Notes: generated from the sequence alone by a model not told the origin. Shown: positions 1-13,109, counted from the stretch's first letter. The stretch is DNA of 64,000 nt from Blepharisma stoltei ATCC 30299 (GCA_965603825.1 CBFDEM010000053.1:620001-684000), one strand, 5' to 3'. Translations and numbers: made by a program.

Positions 1-1958
1 AGGTATTCAAAGTAAGAGACAAATTGAGAGAGATTGGATGGGGTATCTTTTAAGCGGTCTTGGATGTCACCAAGAGTAGAAATTGATGAGGACGCTTTGT
101 CGATAGCCATACTATTTAAGTAACTTTTTAAGTCTTCTTGAGCTTTAGTTAGAGAAGAATTTAAGTGCTGCTTGACTTTTTTCCCTTCTATTTGCAGAAT
201 TCCTTTATAGCTGGTATTTGGGACATAATTGACGACATCTTTATTGGTCCACTCTTTAAGTTTATTTAATTCATCTTTAATTGCTTGAACAGTGTGCCCT
301 TCTGACTTATAAATATCAAAATTCCAAGTCTCCACATAATCGTTTACATGTCGGGCCTTCTCAAAGGTGTTGTCCACATAAATTTTGGACTCTTCAAAAT
401 CAGCTTGGATTTTTGCCATTATCAGATTTACATTTTCCAAAAAAATTTCTGAATTTTTTATTATTTCTTCTGCCTGTGGGAAATGAGTGATGTGCTCTGA
501 TGCCACAATTTCGTCGAAATGATAGATTAGTCGTGTGATTCCGTTGATGTCGCTTATCATGTTTTCCACAATGCTTTCAAAAATTTCTTTGAATTCGTCT
601 TTATTTGGGATAAAAATCATGCAGTCTTTGCCATAGCTGACTGTTGTGATGAAGATCTTGTTTTTTCTTTCTATTAAGGTGTCGAAGAACTTTTTGACCC
701 TGTCTTGAATTAAGGTGACTAAGGTTTCTATTGTCATGTAGTCAATAAGTCTTATAAAATACCCTAGCATTCCTCGGTGTTCTTCAGCTAAGTTCAGCTT
801 ATGCCTTCTTTCTTGTTCTTCTAATTTTTGCTGGACCATTGATTTTTTCTTATTTCTCTGCCCTAGCTTTGCTGGGTCCATATCTTCAAGATCAGGCAAA
901 ATTGCGCTATCTCTGACAGCTTGACAGACAGTTTCGCACTCAGTGATCAATTTTTCAACTGTGGTCTCGAACTCTTTTTTCACTTCTGTTCTTTCGTCTC
1001 TTTGGTGGTCTGCATATGCCCCGATTTCTAGCGGTTTTGTGTCTTTAAACTCCAAAAGATGAGTATTCGTCATATTGTAAAGAAGCTCATTAACTTTAGG
1101 AAAACTTTCTACAAATACAGGCTTTGCGAAGAACATCCAGTGCTTTAGGTGGTTTCTCGTGGCGCGGTAGTGCCGATATCTTACGTTCCCTCTCCACAAA
1201 AGAAATATTTTCCCAATCAGATAGTGCTTGAAAAATTTCATGCTTGTTAAGAGGTTGAACATTTTACTTTGATGCATTCAATCTGCAAGTGAATAAAACG
1301 TAGTTGCTGAGCCATCACTGTTTTTAGGCATCACATGGACAACACCTTGAGCTGAAATGGTAAAATATTCAGCATGGATTTCTTTTTCAGGGACCACCAA
1401 CAAGTCATAAGGTCTAAAAGTTTTACTTATTTCTGAAGCTCGGTTGCAGTAGAGAAATTTAACTGGTGTTGTGTTGCCATTTTTCGCGAAAAACGAAATT
1501 GCATCTTCTCCTGTCCTGATTTTTTTAAGCTCTTTAAAAATATAACTTTCTCTATCTACAAATAGAGTTTCTTGTGCTCCTGAGGTCAGAGAAGTTCTGG
1601 ACTTTTTTGACTTGTTGAACAGTTTCTGCAGGGACTGGACATTGAATTCTTCTTCTTGGCCTTGCAAGTCTTCTTCTTCGCTTTCTTGGGAGGCCTCAGC
1701 TTGGATTGGTGGAAGCTTGGTCGATGTCAGCTGGGCTCCAGTAGGACGATTGCGAGTTTGTGCGAATGGAAGATCCCATTCTTCAAGTTCTTTTTTCAAG
1801 TCGATCTTGTATAAGGATTTGAATTGGCTTTTGGAATATGAATTTCCACCGCTCAAGCTGAGCACTGCTGTGGACGCAAGCTCGCTTTCTCTTCCTGCAA
1901 GTCTTGCTAATTTGCTGCGCGGCTGTTTCTCAGAGAATTGAACTAACCGATCATCCAT
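1..1958 (-). CDS. Axonemal dynein heavy chain, N-terminal part (DNAH6-like inner-arm type); partial, runs off the window start
   Basis: ORF 1278-1958 continues through TGA(1278-80)=W into MHQSKMFNLLTSMKFFKHYLIGKIFLLWRGNVR. The FLYCNRA..RPYDLLVV..EYFTISAQGVVH stretch resembles DNAH6-type N-termini. Frame appears open towards position 1. Confidence 0.75.
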
Positions 1959-2216
1959 AGTTTATTATTATTACCATTAAGAAACTTCTCTTTCATTGGC
2001 ATTAGAAAGATTGGAATTTTATAAAAATAAGTGCTTCAGTTACTTCATACAATTTTTTGGAATTTTTCGGAATAAAATAATCTTTAAGCTTATTTTTACT
2101 AAAAAACACAAATAATTTTATTAATTTTAATAACTTACTTATATATTCCAAGAAATCATAAGGTAATAGAAACATATAAAATTGTTAAATAATTATCTAA
2201 ATTTTAAAAACTAATT

Positions 2217-4307
2217 ATGATGTTTGAAAATAAGGCAAAACACAGGCAAGGCCAAATATTAAAAAATCTCCGGGCTGTATCTCTCCACAACAAATTTCAC
2301 GAATATTCCCACTTTTTGGCAGAAAGACACTCAATGAATGATATTTCAGCTGATAGTGAAGTAATTCAGATATGTGCTAATAATCTCCCAATAAAATCCA
2401 GAGCTAAATCCAAGGGAGTTTTACACAAGTATTCAATTCGATTTAACATAAAATACCAAGCAAAAAAGCTGTCTCTCTTAGAGAATATCAATGAATCTGT
2501 GCAAAGCCGTTGCTTATCTAATATTGACTTTCCTAATTCAAGAGGATCAAACTCTCTTTCCATGGATTCAAAATGCATGACTCCATCTAAAATATCGTCA
2601 AAACCAATGGCATGCTTAATTCTACCTGAAATTTCTGGCAAGCGTGCTAATATTTATCATTTTAAAAATAATCACTCTGAAGGAGGTGATCCTGAAAAGC
2701 CTATAACACCCGTAATGCAGAGTAGGTTAATAGAAAACAGAAAAAGAGCTATATCAAAGCCTCCAGAAAATAAAGAATTAGACTCCTCAGGTGAGTTTAC
2801 CGATATTGAATCCACATTAGTAGAAAAATCAGCGAAAAATAAAACTTTATTGCTCCGATCCATTTATGACAAAAGACCAGCCACTATTTTTTTTGATTAC
2901 CCAAAATGCTGCTGTGCAAAAGAAAAATCAAAAGGGAGAGTATTTTATATGAGTGATAAGAAGCTTGCCAAGCAGTATTTAACTTTTAGAATCAGCGAAA
3001 GCTTTTTATATGACTGTATTATAAATACACTGACGTCTGCTGGATTTTCTGAGACTGAAGATGAGGATTTTAATATAAATATTGGCGCATCTATTGATAC
3101 TGATTTTATGAGGGATCTGGCACCTTTTCAGAAAAATAATCATTTTCCAGGGAGCTCTCATTTGGGGAGAAAAGATATGATGTGGAAACATTTTTGCAGG
3201 ATGCAGAAAAGATTTGAGGAAGCTTATTGTTTTTGTCCTGAAACGTATATTCTTCCTGATGACTGTAGAAAATTGAATAAGGATAGAGAGGAAAACCCGA
3301 AGGACCTTTGGATTTTAAAACCTGCGAATTCTGCTTGTGGAAAAGGGATAAAAATATTGACGAAAGATACAGAAATAAAGAAAAAGCAAGGAGTTATTAT
3401 ATCGAAGTATATAAAAGAGCCACATTTGATTAATGGGTTTAAGTATGATTTAAGAGTTTATGTATGTGTAACTTGCTTTGATCCTCTTAGAATATATTTA
3501 TACGAAGAAGGCTTGGTCAGATTTGCAACAGTCCCTTATTCCACCAAAAGAAAAAGCTTGAAAAATAAATGCTCTCAGCTTACAAACTACAGCATCAACA
3601 AAGATTCCCCCACATTCATCAACAACGTTGATCCTTCAAAAGACGGATACGGAAGTAAGTGATCATTTAAAGCATTAAGAGAATACTATGAGTCTCGCGG
3701 AATCCCCTCAGGTCGGATTTTTCAACAAATTAAAGACATAATCATCAAAACTTTTATATCAGTCGAATCACATGTCGTCGGCAAGCTTAACAGATCATGC
3801 AGCAGACGTGATGCCTGCTTTGAAATTTACGGTTTTGATATTTTGCTTGACTCGAGCTACAAAGCCTGACTTCTCGAAGTCAATATTTACCCTTCTTTAT
3901 CCTGCAGTTCTCCACTTGATACGAAAATAAAATATATGCTTATCTGCGACACTTACAATTTAATTGGAATTACTCCATTTAAAAGGCCGCTTGAGCCTCC
4001 TCCACCTATAGTCGAAATCCGAGCCAAAAAATCCTTAGAAGTCTCGTCACTCGACAAATGCAACAATCTGGCTGAGTATCCTCTAACCCTTGAAGATGCC
4101 CTCATTATTGTTGAAGGCGAAGAAGAGCTCTACAGGCGAGGCAAATACGAAAGAATTTTCCCATTAAAAGAAAACGTGGACTATTATTTAGAATTTTACG
4201 ACATCCCAAGATACAACACACTATTAACCAGCAGATATTTGAAATATGGCGCATTAAAAGACATTAAAAAATTCTTCAGAAAGGCAAAAAACCCTATAAA
4301 CGTATAA
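2217..4307 (+). CDS. Tubulin polyglutamylase (TTLL family, TTLL4-like)
   Basis: Motifs NHFPG, WILKP, KYI..PHLI.GFKYDLRVYV, LTNYSINK, FEIYGFD, and KA[TGA=W]LLEVN. In-frame TGA at 3660-62 (GSKW) and 3867-69 join the two ORFs. Confidence 0.92.
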
Positions 4308-4363
4308 GCTTGTCACTGTATTTTTAAATAAAAATCATTAATTCATAAAGTTATTGGTTACTA

Positions 4364-5644
4364 TTATTTGGGAAATGGCTGCTGAGGATTCATGTAGGGA
4401 TTCATCATCATGCCAGTCATGAATTGGTTATAAGCCATCATCGCAGCCATAGGGTTATTCATTGGATTCATTGGGTTCATTGTATTCATGCCTGCCATAG
4501 GGTTCATTCCTGTGTTCGGCACAGAAGGTCTGTTTGTAACTAATTGATTCAGTGGCACATTAGGTATATTTGGGTTGTTAATTGTAATAGGCTTATTAGC
4601 TTCTTGTATTTTTCTAGCGACAGCAGGCGAATATCCGTCTCCTAAATGCAAGTTGTCGAGGTCAATAAAGGTCTCAAAATCAGGCTTCTGCTGAGGAGCT
4701 GTTTGAGGAACTGGCTGAGACTGCTCTGGCTTTGGTTGGCTAAAGCCAAATGGGTCGCCTTCAGGCTGGTCTGATTCAAATGGGTTGCTGGACATTGAAT
4801 AAGGGTTTCCTAATGGGTTTTGCCCTGATGAAGATTGTAAAGGCTTCGCAAACAAGTCGTCAGGAAGTGAACTGGGGACTGAAGGAGTGTCAAAAAGGTC
4901 AAGAGGCTTAGTAGGAGGCTCCACTTTTGGCTCTGGCTTAGGTTCTGGCTGCTTTGGTGGGGATGCAGCAGGCTTTGGAGGAGACTTCGTAGATCTTGGC
5001 TGTGGATCTGGTGATTGCCTTCTTTGTGAAGGGAATTTAGGATAATCACGGTACTCGTCCCTTCTTTCTAATCTTTGATTTTCTTCCCATTCAGTTTTAA
5101 ACTGGTCAACTCGTGAAGGTCTGTATTCATCTTGCTCGCCAGCTCTTCCCCATTTCGAAGAAGCTTTAAATGGATCTTCACTGTATTCATTCCTAGGAGC
5201 CCCGTATGATGGTCCATTTAATTCAATTCTAGACTTATATGGCTCATCATAAGTTCCGCGTGAAAAAGGCTCCTCTCTAGGTGCTCTGTCAACATATCCT
5301 CCTGAGAAGTCTGATTTTGATCGATTTCTCATGAGTGCGGCTTCAAATGAAATATTGTCACATCGAAGATCAAATACATTATCTTCGATTTCATATAGCA
5401 AAAGGCTATGGCTCCCAATTCGGAGAGGATAGCTGCCATATGAAGATGAAGATCTTTTCGCTTCAATTTTTATGTCACCATTCAAGAGAATTTTTCTTTT
5501 CCCTGACATTTTGCTTACAAATAGGTCAATCACTTGTTCTTTCCCATCAAGCTCGAATTTCCACATGAACCTTTTTTTGGAGCTTTTGATGTGTTTCCCA
5601 ACATTCAACGTGTCAAACAGGAGAGGGTTAAAACTTTTAGCCAT
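4364..5644 (-). CDS. Uncharacterised protein: N-terminal FAIM-like beta domain plus disordered tail with DPF/NPF motifs and Met/Asn/Pro-rich end
   Basis: 426-aa ORF. WKFELDGKEQVIDLFVSKMSGKRKILLNG resembles the FAIM fold. Tail contains DPF x2, NPF and LDLFD. Confidence 0.6.
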   Translation of the reverse strand: MAKSFNPLLFDTLNVGKHIKSSKKRFMWKFELDGKEQVIDLFVSKMSGKRKILLNGDIKIEAKRSSSSYGSYPLRIGSHSLLLYEIEDNVFDLRCDNISFEAALMRNRSKSDFSGGYVDRAPREEPFSRGTYDEPYKSRIELNGPSYGAPRNEYSEDPFKASSKWGRAGEQDEYRPSRVDQFKTEWEENQRLERRDEYRDYPKFPSQRRQSPDPQPRSTKSPPKPAASPPKQPEPKPEPKVEPPTKPLDLFDTPSVPSSLPDDLFAKPLQSSSGQNPLGNPYSMSSNPFESDQPEGDPFGFSQPKPEQSQPVPQTAPQQKPDFETFIDLDNLHLGDGYSPAVARKIQEANKPITINNPNIPNVPLNQLVTNRPSVPNTGMNPMAGMNTMNPMNPMNNPMAAMMAYNQFMTGMMMNPYMNPQQPFPK

Positions 5645-6322
5645 TTATATTGACCAGTTTTTTATAAGTTCTCTCATAAGTTGATCGAAGTTTTGATTTT
5701 AAATGGAAATTGGGTTAATATTTGATATGTTAGAAATACTAGCTATTGGCTAGATCAATAGAAAACGAATCTAAATAAATAATCACAAAAAGACGTTTTA
5801 ATAGGGAATATTTTAACTAAAGTAATAAAAATTTTAAACAGTCTTATTAGATTACATAATTAAAGCAATTTATGTGAAATTATTCAAATGGCATTTTGGA
5901 AAAAAATAGTAAAATTTTGTAATTCTTCTATAAAAATTCGTTCTTTAAACTGTATTCAATAATAACTAGATTTAGAGAAAATTTGAAAATCGCGATTTAT
6001 GCGTTACAAGATTTATCTTTAAGTTGGCCATTTGAAATGCTTACTTTCTTCTTCCTCTAAAAAGCAAAATATTTCACTTGATCACAAGTGTATTTTTCCA
6101 AAAATTAAGATTCAATTCAAGATTTAATTGCTGAAATAGCTCGGTTAATCCTTCTAGCGTAATTTCTATCACTAATTAGCTAAAGTTCTTACACCCTCTA
6201 GAAGGTATTGAGAAAGTAAAATTGATGACCATAGCCAGCAGAGATTGATACAAAGGTGCAAAGCTGCTTTATATATTCAATCAAAAGTTAGAAAGTCTAA
6301 ATAGATCCATCTTTACAGGAAT

Positions 6323-7531
6323 ATGCGGAGCATGTCTAGAAAAAAGAAATATGCAAAATACTTTGAAATGAATAATAAAACTAGTGAGCCAACAAATATA
6401 GAGCCAGCAAACGTTAAGGATTCGATTTCTTCGATAATAAATGAGAACAGTGAGAGCTTAAAAGGGCCTGAAAACGTAAGCAAGCCAATAAAAATAAGCC
6501 TAGAAAACGAGAGAAGATTGCTTAATTCTCAAATAAGCACTGTTTTTAGTGATCTCAACAACAAACTCAAGGAAACAGAAAGCGCTTTAAACGTTATAGA
6601 CAACTTAAGAAATAAAACAGCTGAAATTTTGAGTAGACCAAACAATCCAGAATTAGAGATAGATTTCAGAACAACTCGTTCAGCAATTCAGACGAATTCT
6701 AGTTTTTATAATCCATCACTAATGCAAGCTTACCAAGATTATATTAATGCTCATCAGCAAAAGACATCTCTTTATAATGTTGCAAAAGATTGAAACAGAA
6801 AAGGCAATTTAATTATATATAGCACTGAAACTGAAACCCAAGAAGAAGCTAAAATCTTGCAGACTCCAGAACCACTAGACGCAACAACTTGTATAACTCA
6901 ACTTCCAAATGGCAAGCTATTCTGTTATGGTAATCTTAAACATTATGGGATTACAGTGCTGATTGATGTGAATGGTGAATTCGAAGTGCTGCCATCTGGA
7001 ACTCCTTGCACGTTCTCATCATGTATTTATTTCAACAACAGCGTCTATTGCTTTGGAGGATACTATTATAATCATTTAACTCTATCTAGTAGATTTGATT
7101 TGAATTGAAATCGATGAATTCAATTAGCTCTAATGCCAAAAGGCGATTATTATTGCAATAGTATAATATTTAATGGGAATATTTTGGTTTCTGGATTTCT
7201 AAATACAAATCTTTTGTTATACTCAATTGATATTGAATCTTTCTCAACAATTCCTTATGAGTTTGAAACGTATAAAAGAAAGATCCTAATAAATGCAGAG
7301 AGACTATATTTGATTGAATGCAACATGGGATCAATCTATGAAAGCGAAATTGGAAGTTGCTTGAATTGGAGACGAATAGGAAATTCAATAATCGATCATG
7401 ATCCTCATCAAGTGTATTGTTCATACAATAAAGGATTTATATGGATCTCAACAACTTCTGAAAAATCGTGAGGAATATATTATTATTTTAATTTAGACCA
7501 AAAACAAATTACAATTGTTTTCTCTTGGTAG
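6323..7531 (+). CDS. Coiled-coil plus Kelch-like beta-propeller protein
   Basis: Three ORFs joined in frame by TGA at 6791, 7106, 7115 and 7469; TAG at 7529-31. Kelch-like VYCFGG and ILVSGF blades. Start uncertain (6323 or 6368). Confidence 0.75.
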
Positions 7532-7630
7532 AAAAGCAGCATTTCATTGCGACTCTATTTTTCAAAGGTTTTCAAACAGATTATAATCCATATCCTTTAA
7601 TTACTTTTTTAATAAGCAAAATTCATAAAT

Positions 7631-9199
7631 ATGTCTGCTCATAGATTACAAAAATCATTTCCTTCTCACCCTCTAATTTCTCAAAATATTCAAATTTCTC
7701 TAAAATCAAGCGAATTAAGAGAAGAGAAAGGAAACTCAAGAACTCCTTCACCAAGTTTTAAAATGCCAACTGACCGTTCTATCAAACGATCTGATGCGGA
7801 TAAAATTTATAATTCAGCAGTTATTAAAGCAATGATGCACTCAACAGAGCTAAATTTGATGAATATAAATAGTCACAAAAGATATAAAACTTCTGGACAA
7901 CAAACCCAGTCTCCAAACAAAAAAACTGAAAATTTAGTTAGAAAATGAACTCAAAATAGCTCATGAGGGAACACAAATTCATCCCCCTTAAAGCACAGCA
8001 GATCGACTCATCCAAAAAATTTTTTAGTCCTTCCATCTGAAGAGCTAACTCAAAGGAAATCAAAATCTCCGTTAAAATCAATGAGAGCATCATTTGAGAG
8101 ATCAACTAAAAGATCTTCTAGCAGAGAGCGAAGCCCTTATTCAGTCAGAATGCACATAGACACGAAGAAAATATCAAAGCAAAGATCTCAAAAATCCCCC
8201 AGTCGATCTCCTTCTCCTCATTTGCAAGATTCAGTCCCAAAACTTCATATAAGATATTTAACACAAAAGGTTTTGACTAAGCAAAATTATTTAGAATCTT
8301 TATCTCCTAATGCCAAAGAAAATAGCTTATTATTTGAAAAATATCTATTCCACAGCCACAAAAATGCTGTAAATTCAATTGCTTCAGATGAAGAATATAT
8401 ATATAGTGGGTCTTCTGATTACAATATTTGTATATGGCATAAGCCAGTCATATCTAATTCAAGAGTCCATAAAGCGCCTATTTTTTCATGTCCTTATCAG
8501 TCACTAAGGGCACACTCAAGGAGTATTTTAGGGATATGTTTATTAGAGAGAAATACGTTATCTTCTTGTAGCGCCGATTCAAATATTAGAATTTGACGAA
8601 TTTTTCCTGAGATTTCTTTGAAATCAAAAATCAACGTACACACAGGCCCAGTTTATTCAATTATTTCTCCGAGATCCAATATGATTGTTTCATCAGGGGA
8701 AGACCATAATATTTCTATCGCAGATTCAGAAACTTCTAGACAAATTTTCGAATATAATGAGCATGAAAAGCCTGTAAAAACTTTGCTACTTAATAACTCA
8801 CAAACTTTTTGCAGTGGAGGAGTAGATGGGTTAATTAAGCTCTGGGATTTAAGACTTGCAAAGTCAATTTCTACTATTGAAGGGCATAATGAAGCTATAA
8901 ATGCTTTATGCAAGTGGGAAGATGGGTCAATTATTAGTGGCTCAAGCGATGGGATTATTAGATATTGAGACATGAAAAATTGGAAAAATTGAAAAGAAAT
9001 AGACAATGGAAGTGAGGTTACTGGCTTAGTTTATGCTAAAGGGAAACTTATAAGTGGAGGAAAGAATATAACTTCTTGAGGTCAAGTCAATGAAAAAGTG
9101 GGAGAAAACGTGAAATGCTTGCAATACTGGGAAAATAGTGATATGCTGCTAAGTGGGAATAGAGAAGGAAACATAGCAGGATGGAAATTTATGGTTTAG
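7631..9199 (+). CDS. WD40-repeat protein with Ser/Arg-rich N-terminus
   Basis: One frame through six TGA (7946, 7964, 8594, 8966, 8990, 9077). TGA falls at WD positions (DSNIRI-W, DGIIRY-W-D). TAG at 9197-99. Confidence 0.88.
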
Positions 9200-9437
9200 A
9201 GCTGGCTGTTAATTTTAAATTCAATTTTTGTCTTTTAAATAGCCTAAGAACTTGCACAAAAAACAATAGAATTTTAAAAATAATATTTTTTCAAGCTTAT
9301 TAGTAATTATTATTAATTAATGCTTAATCTATTATTTCTTACAATTTAGCCTATAAAATTGGCAAAAAAATAACCCATTACTTCATTTATTTTCTGGGGG
9401 ATCCACCTTTAAGCGGTACAAATATAAATATAAAAAT

Positions 9438-9788
9438 ATGAAAGCCAAAAAAGCAGCAGCCAAGCCCTCTGTGACTTCTGAACCAAAGGACGACAAAAAG
9501 AAGGTAAAGAAAAGAGGTGAGACTTTTTCTCTCTACATCTACAGAGTGCTCAAGCAGGTGCATCCAGACATCGGCATTTCCAAGAAATCCATGAACATCA
9601 TGAACTCTTTCATCAACGATATCTTCGAAAAAGTCTGTGTAGAGTCAAGCAAGCTGGTTCGCTATGGGAACAAAAGAACATTATCCAGCAGAGAGGTCCA
9701 AACAAGTGTCAGATTAATCCTTCCAGGCGAGCTTGCCAAACACGCTGTTAGTGAAGGAACCAAAGCGGTCACCAAATTTACAAGTTAA
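9438..9788 (+). CDS. H2B: Histone H2B
   Basis: [32 protein letters not shown]...[20 protein letters not shown]. Confidence 0.98.
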   Translation: MKAKKAAAKPSVTSEPKDDKKKVKKRGETFSLYIYRVLKQVHPDIGISKKSMNIMNSFINDIFEKVCVESSKLVRYGNKRTLSSREVQTSVRLILPGELAKHAVSEGTKAVTKFTS

Positions 9789-9830
9789 ATGGAATAATAA
9801 CTAATTGGTTTGTGTATGTCAAGTTAATTA

Positions 9831-10391
9831 TTAGTCTAGCACTTTCCAAAGCTCATTAACAGTCCGGAAATTAATAAGATCTTCTCCAGGAGATGGCTTT
9901 ATTGAAAACTCAACTGACTCATTATTTTTTAAAATTCTGCCTGATATGGTGTCTTCTTTATCAAAATCCCATCTAAGCTGAGTGATGTTGCAGTAAAGAC
10001 TGATTTCTTTAGTCATATGGTCAATTTTTTCAAGCTCACCCTCGAGGATCTTTTGCAATTCTTCAGCATGCTGCTTGTCGTATGACTGGATTTTTTCTTT
10101 TTGGGCTTCATTTCGTAAATATGCAGCATTTATTTCAGCTTGAGTGTTGTTATATTCGTACTCAAGAGCTTGGATTTTTTCTTCCATTTGTTTTCTTTCT
10201 GCTTCTTTTTGTTCTAACGCAAGCTGCAGATGTTTTAATTTCTGTGAGTCTTGCTGCTTATTTATCGTTAGGAATTGGTCTATCTGAGCTGTATCTTCAT
10301 TAAGCTTATCTAGGTACTCTTGAATTGTGTTTGGAAGGTCCCTGATGACTTCATCGCATGCTTTTAAAGATCTTTCGAGATCAGCATCCAT
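9831..10391 (-). CDS. Spc24-like kinetochore protein (Ndc80 complex)
   Basis: Coiled coil followed by SLYCNITQLRWDF...G.I...VNELWKVLD, the pattern of the Spc24 RWD domain. ATG at 10391. Confidence 0.65.
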   Translation of the reverse strand: MDADLERSLKACDEVIRDLPNTIQEYLDKLNEDTAQIDQFLTINKQQDSQKLKHLQLALEQKEAERKQMEEKIQALEYEYNNTQAEINAAYLRNEAQKEKIQSYDKQHAEELQKILEGELEKIDHMTKEISLYCNITQLRWDFDKEDTISGRILKNNESVEFSIKPSPGEDLINFRTVNELWKVLD

Positions 10392-10422
10392 TTTACCGCG
10401 CAATTAACTTAAAAGTTCTTAA

Positions 10423-11430
10423 TTAGCTTATTTTCTCTAAAATTATACTTGAGTACCATATTCTTACATCAGGGTCTCCTTCTAATAACTGATTTCCAAT
10501 TTCATTTAGAAATTCTTCAAAAATCTCAGTCTTTTCTTCTGGAGATCTTGCTATGCTTTTTAAAAAGGCTGCTTGAGTTAGTGGCCTGAAAAAGTTTTTA
10601 ATTGAATTTGCATATCCTTCCTGATCTCCATCAGCTAAAAATTTTTCATAAAATGGGGATATAAAAGATTTAGTTTCATAAGAAACCAATTTATATTGGC
10701 TGCTGACTTTTGAAAAAATTCTATCCCATTCTGTCTTAGTTCTATAATGATTTGGCCTTTTAAAACTTTTATATTCTTCTTCTGTTATAACTCTTTTTGC
10801 AAATAAAGAGTTATGAGCTTTTGATAAAAGCTCGGCATGCATCATTTTACCTTCATCTGGCATACAGTGAATTAAAAATACGCATCGTCCTCCTGGGACA
10901 AGTTCTTCATATCTTAATCTTAAGATCTCAAGCATGTCAGCTTCTCCTTGCTCTGAAGCTTGAGCTCTGATTTCAGGAATTTCTGAGAGACATGCTTCTA
11001 TGCTGTCAGGAGAAACAACTTGTTTTGATAGATATTGGAATGATGAGGTAGAAAATGCGATATGGAGGGTTTCATTTGGGACGACTCTTTCAAAAAATGA
11101 TTTTGCAACTGATGAACTGTAGGTATCTGGATATTTTAAATATCCGTCGTTTGAGTATAGAACTGATGCAAGCTTATTTCAATTATTTGAGGGAAGGTCA
11201 TTGTGAATAATGTGAATTGGAGTTTGAATTGTTGCACGAATTGTTTGGATAGCTGAAGAAAATATTTTAGCTGAATTTAAGCCTTCTGAGCTTCCATAGT
11301 CACATGCAACTATAGTAGAGTTTGTTAAAGTAGCTGCATGTCTAAATACAGAGATAAGATCTTCAATTGTGCTACTAGCTGCTTTTAGTTGTCAATCAGA
11401 ACTTTTATTATAGTCGACTAATGCTTGCAT
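10423..11430 (-). CDS. SABATH-family (Methyltransf_7) SAM-dependent carboxyl methyltransferase
   Basis: ATG 11430; TGA=W at 11392-94 and 11179-81. Motifs DYGSSEGLNS, HNDLPSNN[W]N, SFFERVVP..LHIAFSTSSFQYLS, LRLRYEELVPGG. Confidence 0.88.
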
Positions 11431-11594
11431 TTATTTTATTAATAAAATTAACGGTAATTAGCTTATATAATTTCTTATAAAATATTAAAAAATACTCATC
11501 TCATTTAATCAGCAAGCATCTGAATATCGATTAACAATGATATTCAAAATTTTATATTTAAATAAAATAAGATTACATATATGCTGCATCAGAT

Positions 11595-13109
11595 CTAATT
11601 AATAAAAATTTCGGATTTGTTGAGATTTGACAAAAAATATTCAAGCTCCAAGCTTTTCGATAAAGTGCATATAGAAAACTGTGATTCAAATTGCAGTGAC
11701 ATTAAATAATTATATTCTTTTGACCACTTTGTGAGTAAAATCGAATTTTTCGAAAATAAAATCTTCAAAGATTCTTCTCCTTTCTGTGAATAATATTCCA
11801 GAGTGTAGAGCTTTCCTTTAATTCTGATCTTATACATCAAAAAATCGCCAGTTTTGATATCATTGAAAGCCTGATTCAAATATTTTTCATCTAAAAAGTT
11901 GGAAGATAGTTCTTTAAATTTAAAGCAATGGTCTGCAGATGAATCTTCTATTCAAATAAAAGACTTATTTTTACGTGAAAAACATATTTTTGACCTTAAT
12001 ATTCTTGCAATTTTATGTGGATGCTCGAGAAAGATTGATGATTTGTCTGTAATTAGAGATTTATCTATATCAATACTAAATAATGTCCCAATTATTTGTA
12101 TTTTTAAAATTAATAAGGTTTCTCTTATAAGTACAGTATTTAAATTTGAAGCGTCCCCTTTCAGTGATAATACAAATGAAAGAAAAGTAATTGAGCACTC
12201 TGGATCATAGACCAAAGAGTATTGGTGTGAGTCTATTTTAATTCATAAATGAGGAATAATTTGGTCCTTTGCAATATTTGATTTTCTTGATACCAATAAA
12301 TTTTTATTCAAATATAAGCTTAAAATTTGACCTGAAGGAATTTTCATAGAAATTAAATAATCATGACTGTTTTTATTTAGCTGGATATTGATGATACAGC
12401 TTAATAAAGAAACTAAAGCAATTCCTGCAAAAATTTGATGTGATACCTTTCTATCTACAAACTTAAAACTCTTACTTTTGATAATATTGATCTTTTCTTT
12501 TTTATTTAGAAGAATCATAGAATTATCTGGACTATGCAGCATATCAAGAGCATTTTCTATATTTTCCTTCAATAAAAGCTTTGCGTTATTACTTGATTTT
12601 GTTTCTTCAAAAAGGAATTTAATCATGGCACAATTTTCTGCTAATGTTCTAAACTTGCTGCTTAGAGCAGTTTTAGCTGAGAAATTGGATTCATAAGTTG
12701 CGATATCCCTCATAAGCTCAATTTTATCACTTTTAGCTTTTTTAATGTTGTACTTAAGCTGGTCTGCAACAGTATCCTCTTTAATAAGTTTTAGTTCTTT
12801 TTGGAACGATTCTGCAGCCTTATCTCCTTTTAATTCAGAAGCTGGTCTCATAAAAAAGCGTTTTCTTTGGGTATCAGGAAAAAGCTGAAAAGATTTGGGT
12901 CGATTTTCATAAGGAGAAATCAAATGTCCGGATTTAGGCCTTTTCTTCGGAGAACTATAGTAGACTTGTTTTAAAGCTTCAATGCCTTTATTATCATTTT
13001 CTATTGTAGATTCATTATTTTCTGAAACTCTCCTAGACACAAGTCTCTTGAATTTTTTTAGTGAAAAATTTACTTTTACAACAGTCGGCATTGATGAAGG
13101 ATTAGACAT
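11595..13109 (-). CDS. Hypothetical protein (504 aa)
   Basis: Three ORFs in one frame joined by TGA at 12243-45 and 11952-54; TAG at 11595-97. No family recognised. Confidence 0.7.

Noticed and set aside
6225-6402. Short alternative-frame ORF overlapping the start of the Kelch-like gene
   Set aside because: About 58 aa with no motif and no consensus intron linking it to the main frame.
9789-9830. Histone 3' stem-loop after H2B
   Set aside because: No GGYYCTTTT..AGRRCC hairpin in the 42-nt spacer.
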